The notes beneath the pieces are model-generated. The model was given only the letters and a program-made list of their open reading frames with translations, was not told the DNA's origin and searched no databases. The translations under genes and the position numbers were made by a program. Positions 23,781 to 32,000 of a stretch of DNA of 32,000 nucleotides are shown here, piece after piece (position 1 is the stretch's first letter; every line of letters begins with the position of its first letter). Source of the stretch: Pseudoalteromonas translucida KMM 520. Its GTDB lineage: Bacteria; Pseudomonadota; Gammaproteobacteria; Enterobacterales; Alteromonadaceae. The stretch lies in NCBI RefSeq assembly GCF_001465295.1, contig NZ_CP011034.1, positions 1-32,000 on the forward strand, read 5' to 3'.

Positions 23781-25076
23781 TTATATTTTTTTAACTAGTT
23801 TAGCGTAATAAAAGCCATCGCTTTCACCAGGTAGCAACTGCAAACCAGGTGTAGTGGGCGTGTCTTTATCATGTAGAGGAATATGCTCAACATCATTGTT
23901 ATTAGCTAAAAACTTAGCAACTTGTTGTTGGTTTTCTTGGGGGAGTACTGAACAAGTAGCGTATACCAAGGTGCCACCTGGCTTTAGAAGCGGCCAAATA
24001 CTATCGAGTATATCGCCTTGTAATGCTGCTAAATCGGCAATGTCTGATGCACGACGCAACCACTTTATATCGGGGTGGCGGCGAATAACACCGGTAGCCG
24101 AGCAGGGTACGTCGAGTAAAATACGATCAAACTGTTTTTCATCCCACCAAGTGTGTGGTTGTGATGCATCACCACATTGTAGGTCGGCACCTAAACCTAT
24201 ACGAGTTAAGTTTTGCTTAACACGCTCTAGGCGAGTTGCATCGCTATCAAGGGCAAGTACCTCAGCATCAGCCAATTCTAAAATATGGCATGTTTTGCCA
24301 CCCGGCGCGGCGCAGGCATCTAAAATAGTGTCGTCATCTTTAGGATCTAAAAAACGCGCTGCTAACTGTGCAGCAGCATCTTGAACAGAACAAGCACCGG
24401 TATCAAACTCGGGTAATGAAAACACATCTCGTGGCTTGGCTAACTTTATCCCATCTATAAAATCGGGGTTAAGTGTATGCTCAATTTCGTTAGCTGTTAG
24501 CATATCGCTGTATTCTTGCGTGCTGTATTGCGCTTGATTTACACGCAGCCACATAGGCGCTTGCTGTTGATTTTCTGCAAGCAGCTCTTCCCAACTATCA
24601 GGATAAGCTTCTTTAACTTGTTTGATAAACCAGTTTGGATGATTGTATAAACACACTGGAATAAGTTTGGCTTTTTCTTCAAGCTCAAGTTGTTGGCGCT
24701 GAAAACTACGTAGAATAGCATTAATAAGCCCTTTCAAACCCAAAGCACGCAATTGTTGTAGTGCATTTACAGTTTCTGAAATTGCTGCATGTGGCGGAAC
24801 ACGCATGTGTTGTAGTTGGTAAATGCCCACATACAATAAAAATTGAAATATTCTACGCTTACCTTTTAACGGCTCCTCAACTAAATGTTGGCAGTAGTTT
24901 TCAAGGCTTGGTAAATAGCGTAAAACGCCATAGCAAATTTGCTGCAGCAGGGCTTTATCTTTAGGTGGCAAGCCTTGGCTGGCAAATGGCAGTTCTTGAT
25001 TAAGCGAAGCGCCTTTATCAACTACGTTATATAAAGTTTCAGCGGCAAGCGCTCGTACGTTTGGAACATTACTCAT
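23781..25076 (-). CDS. rsmB: 16S rRNA (cytosine967-C5)-methyltransferase
   Basis: The 431-aa product has an N-terminal NusB-like domain and a SAM methyltransferase domain ([31 protein letters not shown]). Its start overlaps the fmt stop in ATGAGTAA. Confidence 0.95.
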   Translation of the reverse strand: MSNVPNVRALAAETLYNVVDKGASLNQELPFASQGLPPKDKALLQQICYGVLRYLPSLENYCQHLVEEPLKGKRRIFQFLLYVGIYQLQHMRVPPHAAISETVNALQQLRALGLKGLINAILRSFQRQQLELEEKAKLIPVCLYNHPNWFIKQVKEAYPDSWEELLAENQQQAPMWLRVNQAQYSTQEYSDMLTANEIEHTLNPDFIDGIKLAKPRDVFSLPEFDTGACSVQDAAAQLAARFLDPKDDDTILDACAAPGGKTCHILELADAEVLALDSDATRLERVKQNLTRIGLGADLQCGDASQPHTWWDEKQFDRILLDVPCSATGVIRRHPDIKWLRRASDIADLAALQGDILDSIWPLLKPGGTLVYATCSVLPQENQQQVAKFLANNNDVEHIPLHDKDTPTTPGLQLLPGESDGFYYAKLVKKI

Positions 25077-26034
25077 TATTTTCGCCTAATATTGTGCCAG
25101 GAGTAACCCAGTCACTACGACCATTTAAAAAGTCGTTAATTGCCATTGGTTTTTTACCTTGTGGTTGTAATTGCGTAATACATAAAGCATGTTCGCCACA
25201 ACCCACAATAACGCCATGTTTGTCGCTCGATAGAACGCGCCCGTTATTATCAGGCTGGTTGCTTGATTGCTCTACAACATGTGCTTGATAAATTTTTACA
25301 GGCTGCCCCCCCATTTGGGTGAAGCATACCGGCCACGGATTAAACGCGCGAATGTTACGCTCAATTTGCGCCGCGCTCATAGACCAGTCAATATTGGCTT
25401 CGTCTTTTGAGAGCTTTTTAGCGTAATTAGCCGCAGTATCATTTTGTGGCTCAGGGGTTATTTTACCATTAGCTAAGTTATTAATAGTGTCAATAAGTGC
25501 ACCTGGGCCAAGGTCAGCTAATTTAGTATATAAACTGGCACTGGTTTCGGTGGCACTAATAGGGCAGCGGCTTATATGCAACATGTCGCCGGTATCTAAC
25601 CCCTCATCCATTTGCATTATGGTGACGCCGGTTTCTTCATCACCTGCCCAAATAGCACGTTGAATTGGGGCAGCACCACGCCAGCGTGGTAAAATAGAAC
25701 CATGCACATTTAAACAGCCTAATCGCGGGGCATCTAAAATGGCTTTAGGTAAAATTAAGCCATAAGCCACTACAATCATAATGTCGGCATTAAGACTGGT
25801 AAGCTCATTTAAGGCGTCTTCTGTTTTCAGTGATTGTGGCTGAAAAACCGGTAAGTTGTGCTCAAGTGCGAGCTCTTTCACTTCACTGGCTTTTAATTTA
25901 TTACCACGACCTGCAGGGCGGTCTGGCTGGCTATATACACCCACTATTTGGTGTTCGCTTTGTATCAGCGCTTGTAAATGACGTGCGGCAAAGTCCGGCG
26001 TACCGGCAAATATAATGCGTAATGGTTGAGTCAC
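25069..26034 (-). CDS. fmt: Methionyl-tRNA formyltransferase
   Basis: The 321-aa product contains [24 protein letters not shown] and [17 protein letters not shown]. Confidence 0.96.
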   Translation of the reverse strand: MTQPLRIIFAGTPDFAARHLQALIQSEHQIVGVYSQPDRPAGRGNKLKASEVKELALEHNLPVFQPQSLKTEDALNELTSLNADIMIVVAYGLILPKAILDAPRLGCLNVHGSILPRWRGAAPIQRAIWAGDEETGVTIMQMDEGLDTGDMLHISRCPISATETSASLYTKLADLGPGALIDTINNLANGKITPEPQNDTAANYAKKLSKDEANIDWSMSAAQIERNIRAFNPWPVCFTQMGGQPVKIYQAHVVEQSSNQPDNNGRVLSSDKHGVIVGCGEHALCITQLQPQGKKPMAINDFLNGRSDWVTPGTILGENNE

Positions 26035-26070
26035 TGAGTTTTCCTAAGGTGCTTGTTACGGTGCTAATTA

Positions 26071-26574
26071 CTATTCTGCAAATTTGGCTTCTTTTTCAAG
26101 CTTTTTACGAATACGTTGGCGCTTTAATGGCGATAAGTAATCAATGAACAGTTTACCTTGAAGGTGATCTAGTTCGTGTTGAATACAAATAGCGAGTAGT
26201 TCATCTGCATCTAGTACAAATTCTTCACCTTGCTCATTAAGCGCGGCAACAGTAACCGTTTCTGCGCGATCAACTTTTGCGTAAGAGTTAGGCACCGAAA
26301 GGCAGCCTTCTTCGCTTACGGTTGTACCGGCTTTTTTAATAATTTGTGGATTAATTAATACCAGCGGTTCGTTGCGCTCTTCTGATACGTCAATCACTAC
26401 AATGCGTTGATGAATATTAACTTGTGTAGCAGCAAGACCAATGCCATTTTCATCATACATAGTTTCTAGCATGTCTTTTATAATCACACGGACTTGGTCG
26501 TCAACATGTGCAACTTCTTGTGCTATTGTACGTAAACGTTCATCTGGGAATCTTAAAACTTCTAACGTAGCCAT
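26071..26574 (-). CDS. def: Peptide deformylase
   Basis: The 167-aa product has the three PDF motifs [13 protein letters not shown] and QHELDH. Confidence 0.97.
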   Translation of the reverse strand: MATLEVLRFPDERLRTIAQEVAHVDDQVRVIIKDMLETMYDENGIGLAATQVNIHQRIVVIDVSEERNEPLVLINPQIIKKAGTTVSEEGCLSVPNSYAKVDRAETVTVAALNEQGEEFVLDADELLAICIQHELDHLQGKLFIDYLSPLKRQRIRKKLEKEAKFAE

Positions 26575-26692
26575 AGTTACCTTTTACACTTATGCTTAAT
26601 TTAGGGTATTGTATGCTCTTATTTTAGCCATTCGCGTTCCCCTTTAACAGGTTTTGGTCAATAATAATGAAAAAACAATACAAGGAAGCCCA

Positions 26693-27814
26693 ATGAAATC
26701 TCCATTAATTGCAATTATAGTTGCATTAGGTGCTGCATTCTCTACTTATGCTGATGTGCTAAAAATAAAAAAAGATGCGCCTAAACAGTATGTTGTGAAA
26801 AAAGGCGATACACTTTGGGATATTTCTGGGGTTTATTTAAACGAACCTTGGCTATGGCCTGAGTTGTGGCAAATGAACCCGCAAATTAATAACCCTCATC
26901 TTATTTATCCCGGCGATGCCTTAGCATTAATCTACGATGCGCAGGGAAACCCACGTTTAGTGATAAATAAAGCGTACCGAAAGCTGTCTCCTCAGGGGCG
27001 AATTACCCCTAAAGGCAAAAATGCAATTACCACCTTGCCACTAGAAATGATCAGACCTTATATAACTTACGAGCAAGCTATAAATAGCGACGATATAAAA
27101 GCTAAACCTTATATTTTAGGGGCAAACGAGAACACGAAAACACAAACGTTAGGGCATATTTTATACGTTAAAGGCGATTTAAAATTACACCAAGCTTATG
27201 CAATTTATCATAAAGGTAAGCCATATTTAGACCCAGAAACAGGAAGGGTACTTGCTAATCGTGCTGCTTATGTTGGTATGGCTCGTGCCTTTAGAAAAGG
27301 TGATGCCGCTAATGGTGAGCCTGCATCGGTCAGAGTTGAGTCGGTGAAGCGCGAAATAAAACAAGGTGACTTTTTACTTCCAGCAATGGAAGGGCAAATG
27401 CTACCAGCGTATTTTAATATGCATCGTCCCCCCCAGGCTGTATTGGGCTATGTTATTGCTTCGCCAAGCGATTCTAGAGAATTTAGCACTATGGATGTAG
27501 TGGTGCTAAACTTAGGATCAGAGCAGCAAGTAGAAGTGGGTCATGTACTTGATATTGAACGCCAATCACCAAGCGTTATAGATGGTCCTCGTGGCCCTCG
27601 CTACACCGAGGACTCAAGTCGCTTTGAAAAGTTAATGTCAAATGCTAACGAGTTTTTTGGTGCTGAACCCGATGATGGAAGTACGGTTTGGAAAATGCCG
27701 AAAGAAAAAGTAGGTGAGTTAATTGTATTTAAGGTGTATGACAACGTAAGTTATGCGCTAATAACTAAAAATCAGCACCCAATTCGCGTTGGAGATATTG
27801 CAGTTATTCATTAA
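26693..27814 (+). CDS. LysM peptidoglycan-binding domain protein (periplasmic)
   Basis: The product has the signal peptide MKSPLIAIIVALGAAFSTYA and a LysM motif (YVVKKGDTLWDISGVYL...YPGD). It is divergent from def and precedes dprA, as in many Vibrio and Alteromonas genomes. The ribosome-binding site AAGGAAG precedes ATG 26693. The ORF-track start is 26654. Confidence 0.88.
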   Translation: MKSPLIAIIVALGAAFSTYADVLKIKKDAPKQYVVKKGDTLWDISGVYLNEPWLWPELWQMNPQINNPHLIYPGDALALIYDAQGNPRLVINKAYRKLSPQGRITPKGKNAITTLPLEMIRPYITYEQAINSDDIKAKPYILGANENTKTQTLGHILYVKGDLKLHQAYAIYHKGKPYLDPETGRVLANRAAYVGMARAFRKGDAANGEPASVRVESVKREIKQGDFLLPAMEGQMLPAYFNMHRPPQAVLGYVIASPSDSREFSTMDVVVLNLGSEQQVEVGHVLDIERQSPSVIDGPRGPRYTEDSSRFEKLMSNANEFFGAEPDDGSTVWKMPKEKVGELIVFKVYDNVSYALITKNQHPIRVGDIAVIH

Positions 27815-27842
27815 GTAGCGAGTTGGTGCTCTAGGAGAGAGC

Positions 27843-28931
27843 ATGGATCAGTCATCTGGCAAGCTTGCCCACTGGCTTGCCTTTTATATGTGTAAAGGGT
27901 TGGGTATTAAAACCCTTTTAGCACTATCTAAAAACCATTCCCTTGAGTCATTGTTTGGCTTATCTCATCAGCAATTACTGCAATTAGGGCTAAGTGCTAA
28001 TCAAGCTACTAATTTGTTGCACACTAATTGGCAGCAAATTACGCATTATGAACAGTTAATCCTACACAATAATATAACGGTTATTAGTATTTTTGATGCC
28101 GCTTACCCCGAAGATTTAAAACAAATAGCCAGTGCGCCTTTATTGCTTTTTTGCAAAGGCGATGTGTCGTTATTAACTAGCCCACAAATAGCCATAGTTG
28201 GGAGCCGTAACGCCACCCCCACGGGGCTGGAAATAGCTGCTGAGTTTGCATATCAACTTACCTTAGCTGGAATCACTATTACTTCAGGCATGGCCCGCGG
28301 TATAGACGGATCTGCGCATAAAGGGGCCTTAGCTGGCAGCGGAAAAACCATTGCCGTGCTGGGTACCGGTGTTGATATTTACTACCCTAAGCAGCATAAG
28401 CTACTTACAAATCAAGTATTAGAGCAGGGCTTGCTTGTAAGTGAGTTTTTACCTGGTACTGCCGCGAATGCGCATAACTTCCCGCGTCGTAATCGTATTA
28501 TATCGGGGTTATCGTTGGGGGTACTTATTGTTGAGGCTGAAATTAAAAGCGGTTCGCTCATTACCGTACGCTATGCGCTGGAGCAAAATAAAGAAGTATT
28601 TGCTGTTCCCGGCTCGATTAAAAACCCACTTGCCCAAGCGAGTCATTTTTTAATTAAGCAAGGTGCTAAGCTCGTGGAAAATGTAAGTGATATTCTTGAT
28701 GAGGTGAGCTTTACTTATCAAAGTAGTTTTTTAACTACAGAGCAGTCAACCCAAACGAATAAAGACTCCCAGTGTGAGGTATTAAATAGTATTGGCTTTG
28801 AGGTAACCAGTGTTGATGACATTGTTCGCCGTGCTCAGTGGCCAATTGATAAAGTGCAAGCCAGGTTGCTGGACTTGGAACTAGATGATCAAATAGAGCG
28901 AGTTTTAGATGGTTACATCAGGGTCTGTTGA
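27843..28931 (+). CDS. dprA: DNA processing protein DprA (Smf)
   Basis: The 362-aa product has the Rossmann-like DprA core (IAIVGSRNATPTG, TSGMARGIDGSAHKGAL, NFPRRNRIISGLS, VVEAEIKSGSLIT) and a C-terminal winged-helix region. The last three codons and the stop lie inside an inverted-repeat arm (see findings). Confidence 0.94.
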   Translation: MDQSSGKLAHWLAFYMCKGLGIKTLLALSKNHSLESLFGLSHQQLLQLGLSANQATNLLHTNWQQITHYEQLILHNNITVISIFDAAYPEDLKQIASAPLLLFCKGDVSLLTSPQIAIVGSRNATPTGLEIAAEFAYQLTLAGITITSGMARGIDGSAHKGALAGSGKTIAVLGTGVDIYYPKQHKLLTNQVLEQGLLVSEFLPGTAANAHNFPRRNRIISGLSLGVLIVEAEIKSGSLITVRYALEQNKEVFAVPGSIKNPLAQASHFLIKQGAKLVENVSDILDEVSFTYQSSFLTTEQSTQTNKDSQCEVLNSIGFEVTSVDDIVRRAQWPIDKVQARLLDLELDDQIERVLDGYIRVC

Positions 28932-29185
28932 CCTTTGCGGGTTAATATTTGTTCAAACTAGAGGTGATTTAATCGCGGCGCGAGATTTGTAACCTAGTGG
29001 GCTAAGTAAAAACCGAGCAACAAAGAGTTAATTGCCCCTAGGCAGAACCCTTCGGGTAGCGCCTGTTTGGCATTAATGCTGCGTTATCGCCAATTTATGG
29101 GAAATAACCACACCACATAGGCTCTGCCTTGCCTAAATACCAAACAGGCTGCTGCAAATTTAACCTTGAAAGATTAACAGACCCT
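28920..29185. mobile_element. MITE-like non-coding segment bounded by ~32-bp imperfect terminal inverted repeats
   Basis: The left arm (28920-28951) is AGGGTCTGTTGACCTTTGCGGGTTAATATTTG. The reverse complement of the right arm (29155-29185) is AGGGTCTGTTAATCTTTCAAGGTTAAATTTG. They match at 26 of 32 aligned positions, including a perfect terminal 10-mer. No ORF longer than 15 codons lies inside. The alternative reading is a structured RNA. Confidence 0.4.
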
Positions 29186-29220
29186 AAACTAAGTACTTAA
29201 GCTAAATGCGAGGTGGTGAT

Positions 29221-29694
29221 ATGTTTGAGGTGCTTATGTATCTTTTTGAAAACTATATTCACAACGACGCTGGGCTCTTCATTGAACCTAATGAATTGAC
29301 CGATGAATTATTACGAGCTGGTTTTAATCAAGCCGAAATATTTAAAGCACTAGATTGGTTAGAGCAGCTAGCCGAATTACAGCATAGTGACACATCACCA
29401 TATTTAATCACTGACTCGCCACAAACAATAAGAGTATTTACCGACCATGAATGCAAAATGCTGGATGTGCAGTGTCGTAATTTTTTAATGTTTGTTGAAC
29501 GCATTGGCGTTACTAATGGTGTTACCCGTGAAATGGTAATGGACCGCTTAGCAGCGCTAGATAAACCTTTTATAGGGTTAGACGATTTAAAGTGGGTAGT
29601 GTTAATGGTGCTATTTAATGTACCCGGAGCAGAAGTGGCTTGTGAGCAAATGGAAGATCTTATATTTGACCAGCCCGGGGACTTACTTCACTAA
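29221..29694 (+). CDS. smg: Smg protein (DUF494)
   Basis: MFEVLMYLFENYIH is the canonical Smg N-terminus. The ribosome-binding site GAGGTG is at 29210-29215. The ORF-track start 29206 is an over-extension. Confidence 0.93.
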   Translation: MFEVLMYLFENYIHNDAGLFIEPNELTDELLRAGFNQAEIFKALDWLEQLAELQHSDTSPYLITDSPQTIRVFTDHECKMLDVQCRNFLMFVERIGVTNGVTREMVMDRLAALDKPFIGLDDLKWVVLMVLFNVPGAEVACEQMEDLIFDQPGDLLH

Positions 29695-29705
29695 TACCTA
29701 AATTC

Positions 29706-29891
29706 AAGATACCTATTAATACCTATTTAATTAAAATATGAGCATACGAGTAAATTAAATTGCTTAAGCACTTTCTTAAAAGTAATTTATACAGCAAGTA
29801 TATGCCATAATCTTTGCCTTGTTATTACACCACACTTTTTACGCTATAATTGGCCGCTAATTTAATGTAATAGGTATAGCTATTGTATCTT
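29706..29891. repeat. AT-rich segment bounded by ~36-bp imperfect inverted repeats carrying ATACCTATT motifs
   Basis: The left arm (29706-) is AAGATAC-CTATTA-ATACCTATT-TAATTAAAAT. The reverse complement of the right arm (29856-29891) is AAGATAC-AATAGCT-ATACCTATT-ACATTAAATT. The 9-mer ATACCTATT occurs at 29709 and 29719 in direct orientation, 10 nt apart, and inverted at 29869-29877. A partial copy (AATACCTA) overlaps the smg stop. Confidence 0.4.
29845..29850 (+). promoter_or_regulatory. Consensus -10 hexamer TATAAT (possible promoter for yrdD-tsaC-hemF)
   Basis: A perfect TATAAT lies ~90 nt upstream of the yrdD ATG. Only a weak -35 (TTATTA, 17-nt spacing) is present. It lies inside the inverted-repeat-bounded segment. 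Confidence 0.3.
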
Positions 29892-29938
29892 TAAGTGTTT
29901 TGGGTATATTAGGCGAAAATTCACCAACTAGGATCACC

Positions 29939-30514
29939 ATGAGTAAAATCGACCATTCGCTTTTCTCGGCGAATAAGCACGCCCTAGAAAAAGAATATGA
30001 GATATGCCCACAATGTGGTTCAGAGCTAGTGATCCGCAATAGTAAATCAGGCCCATTTTTAGGCTGTGCCAGCTACCCCAAGTGCGACTTTATTCGACCG
30101 CTGGCGCACCACGATAGCAGTGAAATAAAAGTGCTAGAAGATTCCGCATGTCCACAATGTAGTAAGCAGCTGGTGGTAAAAAATGGCCGCTACGGTATGT
30201 TTATTGGTTGTACTGGGTATCCAGAGTGTCATTACATCGCGAATGAAAACGAGGCAAAGCAAAATGAAGAGCCATTACCTAGTTGCCCTAAATGTAAAAA
30301 AGGCCGTTTAGTTTCACGTAGTAATAAATTTGGTAAAATATTTTATTCATGCGATTGCTACCCAAGCTGTAAATATACGCTGAATAATAAACCGGTTGAG
30401 CAATCGTGCCCAGAATGTAACTGGCCACTGCTGATTGAGAGAAAAATGGCTAATAGCACTGTGTTACAATGCCCACAAAAAAGTTGTATGCATAAACTTG
30501 CAGCCACTGAATAA
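29939..30514 (+). CDS. yrdD: DNA topoisomerase I-type zinc-ribbon protein YrdD
   Basis: The product has four tandem C4 zinc ribbons of the topoisomerase I C-terminal type (CPQCGSEL...GCASYPKC, CPQCSKQL...GCTGYPEC, CPKCKKGR...CDCYPSC, CPECNWPL...CPQKSC). It occupies the conserved smg-yrdD-tsaC position. The start ATG 29939 (MSKIDHSLF) is preferred to ORF-track 29900. Confidence 0.88.
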   Translation: MSKIDHSLFSANKHALEKEYEICPQCGSELVIRNSKSGPFLGCASYPKCDFIRPLAHHDSSEIKVLEDSACPQCSKQLVVKNGRYGMFIGCTGYPECHYIANENEAKQNEEPLPSCPKCKKGRLVSRSNKFGKIFYSCDCYPSCKYTLNNKPVEQSCPECNWPLLIERKMANSTVLQCPQKSCMHKLAATE

Positions 30515-30538
30515 CGTTTAAAACTCCTGGAGACGATT

Positions 30539-32000
<1,462 letters not shown>

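Noticed and set aside
23854-24384. 176-aa ORF antisense to rsmB (plus 24539-24721 and 24761-24964)
   Set aside because: These ORFs are nested in the well-supported rsmB gene. The products are Ser/Arg/Ala/Cys-rich with no recognisable motifs.
29040-29129. Additional complementarity AGGCAGA (29040-29046) / TCTGCCT (29123-29129) inside the dprA-smg insert, a possible pseudoknot
   Set aside because: It is only 7 bp. It is topologically crossed with the stronger 10-bp stem and overlaps the 28993/29034 stem, so it is likely chance.

Overview
This window looks like an origin-proximal core chromosome segment of an AT-rich gammaproteobacterium. Protein sequences and gene order resemble Pseudoalteromonas or other Alteromonadales, but that taxon call is inference. 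About 85-90% of the window is housekeeping genes in conserved blocks. On the + strand: dnaA-dnaN-recF-gyrB, glyQ-glyS, slt, pepQ-yigZ-trkH, and a LysM protein followed by dprA-smg-yrdD-tsaC-hemF. On the - strand: tusA, fadA-fadB, and trkA-rsmB-fmt-def. hemF is open at the window end and is missing from the supplied ORF track. I saw no rRNA, tRNA, CRISPR array, prophage or recognisable defence system. Five places depart from the core pattern. (1) A tandem array of three ~70-aa secreted proteins sits at 21380-22241. Each is a signal peptide plus one canonical EF-hand pair. The array follows a ~430-nt non-coding leader carrying a sigma54-like -24/-12 element and a palindrome, and lies directly after a YcgR-like PilZ (c-di-GMP receptor) gene that follows trkH. 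(2) A REP-associated tyrosine transposase (RAYT) is flanked by inverted GTAG-hairpin REP sequences (9877-10586). (3) A 266-bp non-coding segment with ~32-bp imperfect terminal inverted repeats sits on the dprA stop codon (28920-29185). Removing it in silico restores a compact dprA-smg junction. (4) A second inverted-repeat-bounded, AT-rich segment with reiterated ATACCTATT motifs lies between smg and yrdD (29706-29891). (5) A small orphan lipoprotein gene is at 9419-9871. Several ORF-track starts look like N-terminal over-extensions and were trimmed to starts supported by a ribosome-binding site or by homologue N-termini. All long antisense ORFs inside core genes were rejected.
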